The notes: generated by a model not told the origin, from the sequence alone. A stretch of 64,000 nucleotides of DNA from Fimicolochytrium jonesii (GCF_025526975.1 NW_026515683.1:186001-250000); one strand, 5' to 3'; shown: positions 11,955 through 24,416, counted from the stretch's first letter. Numbers and translations: made by a program.

Positions 11955-13374
11955 TCAAGCTCGGATCTGAAGTAGCTCGAGGACGACCTTCTCTACGAGC
12001 GCCAATCCTTCTTGCCCATCATCATTTCCGCCTTCCTTCTCCGCCTCCTCTCCATCCCCTTCCCAATCCAAATCCTGCTGGTCCCACTCCTTCAAGAACT
12101 CCACGAGAACATCCCCGGCCACCCAATCCACCGTGTCCTTCCCAACGTGCCACCCCTTTCTGACAAGGACGTCCTCCTCGCATTCTGGATCCGGCGCCTC
12201 CGGATCCTCCGTCACAGCGGCGATGTCGACTCCGATACGGTATTGATTGTGGTACCCCCAAGGAGCATCTGCACCGCTCGCGCCACCACCAACGCCAAGC
12301 TGCGAGGGGGATGGGTGAGGGCGTCCCATTGCCCCGATGCGCTCATGGACAGCACCACCACTGGTGATGGTCCTGCTAGTGGTGGTGATGGTCCTGCCAG
12401 TGGTGGTGCTGGTCATCTCACCACCACTAGCAGGACCACCGCCACCTCGGTATCCGCCGGATCGTTCCAAGTGGTAATTTTTGTGAGCCCTCCAAAATGC
12501 AGACAGACCTGCTTCAGTCAGTCGGGGAACAACGTTCGTATCCAAGCCGTGCAACTGCCGCGCGCCCACCGGTGGAGGAGGGGGAGGACTGAGAGGCATG
12601 TACCGAATGACGTTCAAACTCTGGGACCCGACGTGGTGAAGCCGGACACGTAGGGGATGGGTGAAGTTCAGCCGAGTGATCAATTGGAATGGGAAAGGCG
12701 GGAGGGTCGGCAGGGCATCCGTCGCCTGGTTGTTCGGATGGGGGAGAGGGAGGAAACGGTGATGCGAATGTTTTGCTTGCTGGTGGCTAGGAATATCATC
12801 CCGACATTGGTGTCCGGATCATACTCCACGAGAAGAGCGGGATGTCCGGTGGCCACGCGCAGCCTGTTCCGGTCAAACCATGTCGACGTCGTTTCCGACG
12901 TGCGCAAGGGTGTCGCATCGGGGATGGGCGACGGGAGGGATCCGAGGTTGGCATTAAGCTTCGAGCGGTGCGAAGGGTCCCTAGAGTAGGACAGGTACCC
13001 GTTACGGCCCACCAATCGTCTGTTGAGGTCAGCCAGGTTAAGATCTTGTCCTGAATTTCAACCCTGAGAGAAGATAACCTGATAAGTGGGAATGGTACCC
13101 CTACGCCGCCCCACAGCCAGTCTCTTCGAGGGTCGTCGATGGCTGTTCGGGGGGGGCGGCATGTTGATCTCCGCCCAAGCATCCACTGCAAAGCTGCCGA
13201 AGTTTTTGGGCCGCCACTTCCACGAAATGCGAGGAATGAGGGTTCCTTCCACTTCCAATAACAATTCGATAGTCTTCGAGCCGGGTAACGTCGAGTGCTT
13301 CTTGACGAAGTTCGACTGGTTGGTGCGTGGTCTGTGGGAAAGAACGTCCGTGTCGGTCTACCGGGCATGTCCAC
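11955..13374 (-). pseudogene. Frameshifted gene with an F-box-like motif and an acidic C-terminus
   Basis: LSSLRVEIQDKILTWLTSTDDWWAVTGTCPTL (F-box-like), then a frame switch to GHPALLVEYDPDTNVGMIFLATSKQ, then another switch at an A-run near 12771 to HRFLPLPHP...ITRLNFTHPLRV. No obvious introns explain the switches. Confidence 0.45.
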
Positions 13375-13602
13375 GCAATGTCAGCCGCGATGTCGGGCGA
13401 GGCTCGGCGCGGCGGCGGCTACTTAGTACTAGGGCTCTAGGGCGGCTAGTGAGCGGCTAACGTTAGAGTTGGACTTTCCCACGGGTCACGACCAACATTA
13501 ACAACCAGCATCACCGCCGTCTTGCAAACAAACACAGCCTTTACTTACTGTACGCCAGCGATACCTTGCCTTGTAGCAACCTCCCAGCAGCCCGAAGCAG
13601 TC

Positions 13603-15989
13603 ATGGACAACAGTCTGACGGTCACTGACCCTCGCACCAACACGGTCGTCAAGATCGCTATTGATCCCAGATTCGGCACCATCCCCGGAACCGCCTTTGC
13701 TCAATTCAAGTTGAAACCCACGATACCGCCTTCGGACGACCCAAACGACAGAGTGCCGCTGCGTCTGTACGACCCAGGCTTCAAAAACACGACCGTCTGC
13801 CGATCAAAGATATCAAATGTCGACGGAGAGAACGGGAAATTGTACTACCGGGGATACGATGTGGAAGAGCTGTGTGAGAAGAGCAATTTTCTCGAAGTGG
13901 CGTATTTGCTGAACTACGGGGAACTGCCGGACCCAATGGAGGCAGAGAAGTGGTCCAAGGCGGTGATGACCCATACTTACATCCACGCCGAGTTGGAGAA
14001 GCAGGTCAGATGATGTTCCTGTTTCTGTGTTCTAAATGCGCCTGATATGAGGGTGGTCGAACGATTATATTGAAAACCATGCGATATTCCAGATGATGTC
14101 GTTCCGATATGATGCTCACCCTCACGGGATGCTCATCGCGACCATCGCTTCCCTGTCCACCTTCCACCCGGAAGCAAACCCTGCCTTGCAAGGAACCGAC
14201 TTCTACATGTCGCCCAAGATTCCTGCTGGGCAGGAGCCAACACCAGAACAGGCAGAGAAGGTGAAACATGCTCAGGAAGTAAGAAACAAAGCGACGTTCC
14301 GGATGCTGGGGAAGACCGCCACCATAGCCGCCAATGTGTACCGTCATAGGCTTGGACGGCCATACAATCACCCAATGCCCGGCGTCTCTAGCTATACTGA
14401 GAACTTGCTGTACATGATGGATAAGGTGAGGCTGACGCGTCGAATATGTCCATGTTTCTCGAAACACCCTCTGAATGCTCCATTCCAGTTGAACGAGCCC
14501 GACTACCGACCTGACCGCCGCCTTGTAAGGGCTCTGGACACTATGTTCATTCTGCTTGCCGAGCATGGAAGCAACTGCTCCACCATTCTGATGAGGCATT
14601 TGATGTCCTCCGGAGTGGATCCGTATACAGCGTTATCTGGTTCGGCTGGTGCGCTTTTTGGCGAGCGGAAGGCGTAAGTTTGGAGGAGTTCTTCGATCTC
14701 CGGAGAACCACGATGTGTTCTGAAACCTCTTTTACAGATCAGCGGTGATCACGATGTTGAAGGAGATTGGAAAGGTTGAGAAAATCCAACACTATCTGTC
14801 GATCGTCAAACGTCGCGAGAGCTTCGTCGGAAACATTGGTATGCAAAAGATAAATCGACCTGCAAGGCTCATGGGCTTCGGTCATCGCGTATACAAGACT
14901 GGCGACCCGAGAGTCAAAATCGCAAAGAAGGTCGCGTTCGATGTGAGTTGGAAGGTCGTTTACCCAAATTGTCGGCTTCCGATACTTACAGCTATTTTCT
15001 GTACAAGCTTTTCGCACTGATGGGCAAAGATAATGTTGCGGAATTGGCTCTCGCCTTGGAAGAAGCCGTCGCGGCGGACGAATGGTTTACAAAGCGCGGC
15101 TTGTACCCAAACATCGACTTCTGGTCAGCCATAGTGTTTCATACGTTAGGGTTTCCCGTCGACATGTTCCCGGTTCTGTTGACCGTCCCTAGGGTGGCAG
15201 GACTCATTGCGAACTGCTGGGAAAGCTTGGACGACCCGGAGTACAAGATCTACAGACCGAGGCAGATCTACACCGGGGAAGTCATACGCAAATACTCGCG
15301 CGCACAGGAACGCCGACTTAGTCTGGACAACTCTGCATTGGCGTATTTGCAGAATGACCCTCTCGCTGCCAAAAGGCGAGGTACTGCCGATCCTAACTCG
15401 TCGCATGAGATTGACGACATTGTTTCGCGCACGCAGCGGTCGATTGATGAATTGAACGACAAACTTCTCGAGCTTGAGACGCTGGGCGTCGACCCTCAGC
15501 TTGCAAGCGCTGGAGGGCCCAGACAACAGGGCGGCGCGACGGCTCTGGCTACCAACCTGAGCACGCGTGTGAGCTCTTGGGTGTCTGGTCGTCTCTTCAA
15601 TAGCCCAACGGGTGTGGGTCATACGTTGCAGTTGGCTGAGGTATGCATCGTCTACTCTGCTTACCTCATTGTCGGATTGTGGTCTTCTAAGCGCCTTTTT
15701 GTTACCATCACAGCAACTTCGGAAAACCCAAGCGGAGCTCACTACCCTACTGGAGAAGCAACGCGAAATGCTGGTCGCCAACGCAGAAGCCAACAGCGAC
15801 AGTAACCCAGCGCGTAACGAGGAACCACAAGCATCGTCCCTCGCATCATCGACACTGTCACCAACTGCAGCAGATTGGCGCGCATCAAGCGGCCGCTCGC
15901 CTAACCTCTTGGGAGGAGGAAGCCCACGAGCTATCGCCCCGACATTATCGACTTCCGGCTCTAGGCCTTCGACGCCGGGAGGACATTAG
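13603..15989 (+). CDS. Citrate synthase-like protein (bacterial type II/peroxisomal-like) with coiled-coil C-terminal extension; 6 exons
   Basis: YDPGFKNT, VDGENGKLYYRGY, FRYDAHPHGML, AEHGSNCST, LMGFGHRVYK..DPR, LYPNIDF, RPRQIY. Introns 14005-14092, 14426-14488, 14674-14737, 14943-15007 and 15641-15713 keep the frame. Confidence 0.9.
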
Positions 15990-16215
15990 AACTGTCAGAA
16001 GATAGTCCGACATTTGTAAACTCGGTTGGGAAATGCGTGTTACATACAATTGATTACATAGTCTTTTCGAATACATTGATGTATAACAGCCTTCCACGAG
16101 TGCATTTGTACATCTCTAAGAGCTTTCTTTTCTGATAATGTTTCCCGAGTTCTGCACATCTCTCATAGCCCGGATCAAAACTGGGAATCCCCTCCACTTC
16201 GACGACAGATCATCC

Positions 16216-19200
16216 TCATACGCCCTCCTGCAGCCCTTGGACCCCAAGTGCCCCTGCAGGCGCCATGACGCTCCCTTCCAGAGCAGCGCCTTCCACACCG
16301 CCCCCATCCTTCTCCAACAACCGCTCAACCTCCTTATCCTTCAACATAGCAATAACTTCATTCCTCTCGCGCACGACAACCCTCCACTCCTCTTTCTGTC
16401 GATCCATCTCCACCTGCGCGTCACGCAGCATCGCGCGATACTTCTCGATCAATGTGTCTTTGGCGGCCATTTGCCGCTGCAGCGATGAGATGGTGTCCTG
16501 TGCGATGTGGATTGTTGTCGAGTCGTAACCATGGCTTACAGGGGCCGTGGGGGCGTCGCCGCCGGCGCCGGCTGCATCCGGATCAGGTCGTGCGGCATGG
16601 ACGGTGGCGGGGGTTTGATGCAGCTCTGCTTGTGAGAGCTGCAACTTCAATGTCGCAACCTCGGTCCGGCTAGCGCTGAGCTCACCGTTTGCGTCATCCA
16701 ACCGCCGCTGCACATCGTCCAGCCGGCCTTGCAGCGCCGCGATCTTGATCTCCTGTACCGTCACTGCCCTCCCGCGGTCGACCAACAACCGCAACGCCGC
16801 TTCAAGTCTCTCTCCAACCGGCATTGGCTTACGTTGGTCCCCACTACCCTCGTCATCACCAGAAGATTCCGACGCCCCCAACAATGCCACAGCCTCATCC
16901 ATCGCAGCCTGCCCCACCCCCGCAATGATCCGGTCCCGCTCATCCTCAAGCGCCCGAACATGCATTTCAAGCTGCGTCTCGTTGGCCTCCCACTGCAGCT
17001 GCCGCGCGTCCAGCGTCGCCTGCAATGCTACATGCGCGGTTTCCAGACCCTGCAATCGGGCGCTGAGGCGTGATATGTCTTGCGATTGGGCTGAGTTGGT
17101 TGATTGGGCGGCGTCTAGCTGCCGTTGGAGGCGGAGAGTGGTGAGTTGGGAGGATGTGAGCTTGGCGTGCCAGGATGCGAGGCGTGCGGTTGTGGTGGTC
17201 GTGGAGTTGGGACTGCCAGCTGCGGCGGCGGCTTCGGCCTGCAACGCTTCGATGAGGGATTGTTGGGAGGTGGTGAGGAGCGACGCTTCGGCCGCGGCGT
17301 CTTCGGCGGCGGTCTGAGCCTCGCGCGCTGTTTGCAGCTGGGTGTGGAGTTCATCGAGCTGTGATATGAGCTCCGTTACGCGTGAGGCGGTGCGCTCGAA
17401 GCGGTCCAGCGCGACACTCCCTGCGAGACGCAGCCGAATGTCACTGATGGTGTGTTGGAGGGACCGTATGCGGTGGATGTGTGTTTGACGGAGTGTGGAT
17501 ACGAGGGTTCTTTGGTGGTGTAGATCTTGCTCTGTCTGGAAGTGACATCAAGCCAATCAGATGCCTTAGCTGCCGGGTCCTTTGACACTGCCGGGAAAGT
17601 AGGAAGCTCACCTCCAAGATCTTCTCCTGATCCCTCCGATTCTGTTCCTTCAGCTCCGCGATCTCCCTAACACTCCCCGCCTCACCCCGTTGCAGTTCCG
17701 CGACTTCCATCTGCAATTTCTGAATCGTCTCACTCATAGCAACAGCTGAACTCCCCGCGTGATCCCCAATCGTCTTCCTAGCCTCCTTCCGCAACCCCAC
17801 CAATTCCCTCTGATCGATCTCCCTCAACCGCCCCAAATCCTCCGCCAACCCCGCCGCAGTGTTCATCCCGCTCTTTAACTCCTCGTTCTCTCGCTTCAAC
17901 GTCTCCACCGTAGCCTCCAATTCCACCACCCGCGCTACGACCAGCTCATGCACTTCCCTCGTCGCACCGCCAGCATACGCCCCACGTAACTCCGCCTCGG
18001 CTTCCCGAACCTGTGCCGTCTCTGCCCGCGCCTCCGTGTACAGCCTCGTCATTTCTTCCAACCGCCGCGAGATTTCGGCTTCAGCCTGTCGAGCGAGCCC
18101 GGCTTGCGTTTCCGCCAATTCGCTCCGGGTGTGTGCAACCGTCAGCTGTGTTGCCTGGGTTGCTAGTTGGTGGCGGAGGTCGGCTAGCTGAGACTGAGAA
18201 CCGCCGTCGGTCTTGAGACTCAGTAAAGCAGCTTCCATCTCCGCAGCCTTCGCTTCCGCCGCGACCAGCTGCACCTGCGTTCTAGCAGCATCGTCCACCG
18301 CCAGCTGCAACGTGCGCACCTGCTGCATGAGCCGGTCCCGCTCCGTCAACCAGTCCTGTTGCCGCTCGAGGAGATCGCGCGTGCGGGCTGTCTGGACTTC
18401 CAGATGTGACGTGAGCTGGGTGTGCTCGCTTTGGGAAACCGAGTCGGTGAGCTGATCGAGTAGGCGGGTGATGTGGGATGCGTGGCCGCGGGTGATGGAT
18501 TCGAGGTGGAGGATTCGGGAGCCGGCTTTGGTGCTTAGGTCTTGTATTTGGGTCTGGATTGCGAAAAACGGTTTGTCAGAGTACATGTCTAGATTTGGCA
18601 GATGGGAGATGGTGATCATACCTCCAACTTCGTCTTCTGCCTCGTCACCTCCGCCTCGCTCTCCCTCACCCGCTCAACATCCGTCACCAGATCCCCGTGC
18701 TCCAGCCTCAACTGGAAGTACTTCCGCTCCGTCTCAGCCAACTCCGACCGCAGCGCTTCCTCGCTTCCCCCTGCTGCCGCAAACCTCGTCAGTGCCTCTT
18801 GGACGTCCCGGACTGCGGCTTCCGCGCGCTGCTGACGAGCTTCGGTGTCCCGTAATCGGCGTTGGGTGGATGCGAGGTCTTTCTCGTGTTCGTCGCGGGA
18901 GAGCTGGAAGGCGCGGGAGAGGTGTCTTTGGCGGGTGGCTAGCGTCGTATATGAGCTCTGTAAATCCCAAATGTAAGTCCCCTTAGGTACCTTTGGCGTC
19001 GGTACTCAATCCAAACCCCCCAGCGGCAGCACAAACCTTATACCGCTCAAGAGCAGCCTCACTCTCCTCCAACGCCCTATCCTTCCTCCTCAGCGCCTCC
19101 ATACACCCCGCCAATTTCCCTACCAGCGCCACATAATCGTCCTGGCTGCCCATCTGCAAATCGGGCGGCAGTTCGACGACGAGGTTCTTGAGCGGCTGCT

Positions 19201-22105
19201 CGGCGGCCTCCCGCCAGTGGTTGCGGTCTTCTGTGAGGCTGGAGAGCTGGGATTGCAGCGAGGTGAGTTGGGATTGGAGAGAGGCGGAGTGGGCGCGTTC
19301 GGTGGTGAGGGTTTCGCAGAGGGACTGGGTGGGGTCGTTTTCTGCATTAGATTAACGAAGACTAAACATCGGAGACCACAGAGTGTTGCGCTTACTTTGT
19401 TAACTTCAAGGATATGATCTCCAGCCTGGCTTCCACCAAACGCCTGCGCCGACGACAACTTCGTCTTGCGTTCGAGTATATCGCACAGCTTCTGCACAAC
19501 ATTCATGTTCGGTTTCTTCGCGGCTCCATCCGCCTTTCCATCAGTTGTGCGAGACGCAGCTTGCAGCTTGATCATCGCCAGCGACATCTCCTTGATCGCC
19601 GCCTCGAAGCACCGGTTGTCGTCTTTCACACGCATGAAATCTGCCTGGGTGGGATCACCAAGTGAGTGCCTGTTTCCCAGCAGATATCCGCTGCTTGGGC
19701 ATGAACGAACAAACCTGGAGCCTCTTCACTTCCTCCCTTGCCTCCCCCGCATCGATCTGCGCGCGTTCCAACTCCACCGACAACTTCTCCAACAACTCAT
19801 CCCCAACCACCGCCTGCCGAGTGTGATGTTGCGCCGGCATCGACAACGGTCGTCTTCGTCCGCCCTTCTCAGAATGGTGCCTCGCCCGCATTTTATCAAC
19901 ATATGCCTCCAAATCCACCATCTCCTCCGCGGTCAACCCCATTCTCGCCCCCTTCTCCCCGCGCTCTAACGCCCGTAATCGCATCGCAGCTTTCAACCGC
20001 AACCGCTCGTCCTCCAACGCGTCGATCTCACCCTGCAGTTGGGCATTGAGCGCGCGGCTCTGTTCCAGTTCGACTGAGAGCGCGCCGCGGATTTTGGACA
20101 GATCTATGCTGGATCGTTTGAGCCCGAGTTTCTTGCGATACTCGGCGTTCTCGTCGGCGAGGATGGAGAGCTGTTTGTCCATCTCGTTGATTTGTTTCGT
20201 GCGGCTCAGCACCTCTTTTTTGCGGACGCGAAGGTGGAGTTTGAGTTGGTTGATTTCGCGCACGGCTTCAGGGAGGCCGTAAACACCGCTTTCGTATTCC
20301 TCCATCCGTTGTCGGAGTTCAACCACCTCGCGCTCACGGCGTTCGAGCTGGGTGTCGGCGTTCCGTACTTGGCTGGCCAGTTTCCGGTGCCGCTGTCGGT
20401 ACGCTTGCACCCGTTCCTTCATCCTTGCTACCGTCTCCAGCTGTATCTGGATTGCGTCCATATCCCGTTTCGACTGTTTCCCGCCCCCACGACTACGTAA
20501 AGCTTGGTCGACCTGGTCCCAGTCCACGCTGAGCAGCTCGAAATCCCTTGCGGCTTCCTGCACCTGCTGGGTCAACTGCTCAATTACCCGATCCTTCTCG
20601 CTCATCTGCCTGTTCAGCGAGTCGATGTTGTACAAGCTTAGCTCCTCGGCCAAACCTGCGACTTGGGACCGAAGGCGGTCGATCTCCGTGGCCTGTTCGA
20701 GGGAGACGTGTTCGTGTTCGCGGACGGCGTGCTGGTAATTCTGGACCTCGGATTGGAGTTCGTCGAGGAACCGGGCGTCTTGCAGGCCTGTGGACTCGAG
20801 TTGGGTGGTGAGGTCTTCGAGTTTTGTGCGGAGGGCGTGCTTTTCAGCCGTCATCTGATCTATGAGGAGTTCGTTGTTGGCGAGGTGGTGTTGGGCTTCG
20901 CGTTCTTCGCGCTCTTTTTTCTCGAGTTCGTTGATGGCCACCTCCAGCTCCCTATTCAGTATCTCCACATCCTTGCTCATCTGTGCATTCTCCCGGCTGA
21001 GCTCCTCAATCTCCGTGAGGTACTTGCTAATCTCCCCATTCTTCTCCCTCAGCTGTTTCCGAATCTGATCATCGTCCACATTCATCAACTGGATCCGGTC
21101 CTTGCGGTTCTGCAGTTGGGCCTGGTAGTCTTTGATCTCGGCCCGCATGCGCGATACTACCTCGTCGTGCCCCGCCGCGCGCGATTTTTCGGTCGTGAGT
21201 TGCTGCCATCACAATCATACGCAGTCATTAGTCGCCGCATGGGGTTGGTCAGGGGTATGCACTTACGGCATTAGTCTCCCGCAACGCATTCCGCTCTTTA
21301 TCCAGCGCTTCCTCGGTTTCGGCGAGACTGCGCGTCAGGGTGTCGTTGCGCTTTTCGAGATCTTCGACTTCGTCGCGGAGGGTTCGGAGTTCTGTCGTTT
21401 GTAACAAACTCATCTAGTGAGCCCTCTCAAAGAAAGCGATGGGGCAGGTGTGAGCGCCCTTACCTGTCACGTACGGGGCATCTCCACCAGCGATCAGGCC
21501 GGCCATCTCGTCGTCTCTCTCCTGGACTTTCGCCTACAGTCGTTCATTGCGAGGTGCGCGAAGCTTAATCCCTGACCCCATTCGTCTGCAGCGCTGAGGC
21601 TAGGTGACAGAGGCACCTACTTCCAACATCCGGATATCATCCTCCGCCTGCACCAGATACAGGTTCTTGTTCCTACCCCATCGCACCATCCATCAGCTTC
21701 CCATACCGTCGGCATGAAATGGATACCCATCTGAACATTGCCAACTTACTCCATGACAATCTGCGTCACCCGGAACAGGTGCATCATATTTTCAGGCGTG
21801 CCCCTTTCATCTGCACGCGGATACATTTTTAGTTGATGACCACGTCCGTGAATTGACATCCGAAACGTACCATCTGGAGGCACATGCGCCCGCACAAGGA
21901 CATCGTACAGCTCCTCTAGTTGTCGATCAAGCTCTCCGGGGCTCTATTGTAGAATAAAAAATTCAATCACTTCTCCCTTACAATGCAGTTCGTCAAGATC
22001 GTATCGACCCGTCCTCATGTTTACCTGATGAGTCAAATTGTCGACATCGACCTGGAGGATGAGATCCCAGTCTAGTGGAGCTGTTTTGGGCAAGAAGTCC
22101 GCCAT
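16216..22105 (-). CDS. CEP290: Centrosomal/transition-zone protein CEP290 homologue, multi-exon
   Basis: N-terminus LDWDLILQVDVDNL...ENMMHLFRVTQIVME; long coiled coils with YESGVYGLPEAVREI and LEDERLRLK; IAQDTISSLQRQMAAKDTLIEKYRAML. Confidence 0.85.
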
Positions 22106-22804
22106 CTTCCGATTTGGAGATTCACCCTCTCGAAATGACCCGCTTCAATATCTTTCTATGGTTCGCCAACCCACACCTGCTCTGAGCGCATATGCAGCGG
22201 AAAACGGCACGCGTCAAAAGTGGGCAATTACGACAGCGCGTCTTCCCGTCAGTTCAGGTGGAAGACATTCCGAGCAACATCCCAGCCTGCGCGCTCGTCG
22301 TTGCGAAACCCACGTTGCCTTGGCAAACGCCCCAGATCCATAGTGGAACAGAGTACCACCGCCTGCTCTCAGTCTCGACGTTGGCGGCGTGTAGCCTTCC
22401 ACAAAGAGCTAACCAGGTCCTTCTTCGGTAACCACGTTTGTGGTCATTTCGTTCTGCAGTGACACCCTTCCCCACCTCTCTGGTAGTCGAACAAGCTGGT
22501 TTCAGACCTCGGCTCTGTTCTCTCTTCGCCTGTACTCACTCTCTCCTTCTTATTTCATAGATCCATTCTCAACCTCACCATGCCGAAAAGGAGCTCTCCC
22601 GACCTTGCCACTGCTTATTGGGTCTGGGAATTTGCGTTGAGGAGCGAGTTTAGGTTTTTGGGGAAGATGCAGAGGGAGATTGGGGAGGGGTGCAACGGTG
22701 GTGGCAGGGCAGTCTATCCCAATGTGCCAGGGAATAACGCGCACTAGGCCGAGCTGGCCGCGGATGGGACAAAAGAGTCATCTCTCACACGCAGGAAGGG
22801 CGAC

Positions 22805-23631
22805 ATGGCGTGCCCGTCTCAGGTCCACCCTGGCTAAGCCACTGACAGTTTTTTGACGACTTTTGGACTTAACGAGGTTTTCGCAGACCCAAAGTTGCTG
22901 CACATGTTGAGCAGTATCTTGACAGCCAGACATGCTAGCAGAAAGATTGATTAGGCAGTTTGGTGAAGAAGGCACTGGTTCAGGGTTTGACACCTCTAAT
23001 TGGCAAGTTTTACCCAAAAACGGCCAAGGAAAGACAGTTTTACTACTCAGACTTTTGGGCCTCTGTGTTAAGTTTGTTGCAACAGCTACCCCCACAGACA
23101 CTTAGGGGGGATTGGCCAAAGTAGGCAACTGGAGCCGTATGCAAAGGGAATAGGTCGTCCTGCATGTCTGTGGGATGGTATGGCTGCTCAAAAAAGAGGG
23201 TTTTGTGAGGAAACTGCTTTAATTTCCCTAATTGTGCCTTAAGGTAACGCGTAGAGCGTTTGGGTGGCGCAGCCAGGGTGGACCTGAGGTGCCCGTTTAT
23301 CTTCGCACCGAGCCCTGAGTTGGACGCACTGGACGAGCAGCTAAAAAACTGGACTGACAAAGACCGAGGTCGCATCTCGCTTGCTCCGCTTCTGGAACGC
23401 CTGCATGTTTCTGAACACCTTACCGACGACGAGCATTCCACAATCCAAGGAACCCACAATCCAGCGGTTCCCTTGTTCAAACCCGACAAGGAAAAGGACG
23501 AGGCACTGTTTGGCGCACTCAAAAAGGAAAATGTGGTCGAGTTGATCCAGCTGCGCATTGGGGAAGAGCATCCCGAGGCGTGGGTGCAGTATTACCATAC
23601 CGGGTGGGTGGGGGAATATGTGCTGATTTAG
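22805..23631 (+). CDS. Hypothetical ~115-aa ORF interrupted by the 471-bp element
   Basis: Removing the element plus one TSD joins ATG GCG (22805) in frame to CPFIFAPSPELDALDEQLKNW...WVGEYVLI*. Confidence 0.4.
22818..23288. mobile_element. Non-autonomous TIR DNA transposon (MITE), 471 bp, 8-bp TSD
   Basis: Perfect 18-bp TIRs CTCAGGTCCACCCTGGCT (22818-22835) and AGCCAGGGTGGACCTGAG (23271-23288); direct repeat GTGCCCGT at 22810-22817 and 23289-23296; AT-richer interior. Confidence 0.88.
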
Positions 23632-23901
23632 TATTTGTCGGAGGAGGGGCAAAGGCAGGAGTGTGCTTGGGTGGACGATTAGTACTCGGTTGAGATGGGA
23701 CGGAGTATAACATATGGACAACCCTCGACGGGTCGGATATTTAGTAGAGATAGGTTGAATAGGTATGTAGGTCACTCACAATGCACAATCATGGCGTTCA
23801 ACTTGAGCACGAGGTATCCAGATCTATAGCGCACCCAGCCTGCATCGCCTCTATCCTCCAATCTTCCTGCTTCACTCCATAAATGTGTATACTTTCAATG
23901 A

Positions 23902-24240
23902 TCACGTCCTACTGATCGCCGTCCGCTTCCTCCCCCCGACTACATTCCCTGCGCATCCCCACACCACCTGCCCACCTCGCAGCGGCAATCCTCTCCAGAT
24001 ACTCCTCACATCTCCCAAACGAGTCAGTTTACCCCTATTCTGCTGTATATCTCGCGCCTCCACCAGCAACGCGCGGGATTTGGTCACTGCGGTTGTTATG
24101 CCGTTGATTCCTGTTTCTGACCGACTAAGCTGGGATGGAGCGTGCTCGTTTAAGCGGTAGATCCCGAGCGAGGATTCGTTGGCGAGGGCGAGGAAGGGGG
24201 TTACGAGGTATGATGTTGCCAAAGTAGAGGTGTTAGTCGG
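23902..24240 (-). CDS. BORCS8/MEF2BNB-like protein; 5' end unresolved, possibly a pseudogene
   Basis: LALANESSLGIYRLNEH resembles the BORCS8 motif VLANEPSVALYRLQEH, followed by a short coiled coil. No nearby ATG. Confidence 0.5.
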   Translation of the reverse strand, partial: PTNTSTLATSYLVTPFLALANESSLGIYRLNEHAPSQLSRSETGINGITTAVTKSRALLVEARDIQQNRGKLTRLGDVRSIWRGLPLRGGQVVWGCAGNVVGGRKRTAISRT

Positions 24241-24416
24241 GTGCGCTGGGTGAATGGGTCGGAGGGCGCCTGCGTCACGCGTTCGTTTGTCTTTCCGCTC
24301 GCAATCCCACCCGCTGTTTGCAACCCCCACCTCCTTCCTTCCCTGTCCTGACAAGCTGGCTCCATACGAACCGAACCTGAACTCCGTTGACAAAGAGCCC
24401 CTCTCGCTCACGAAGA

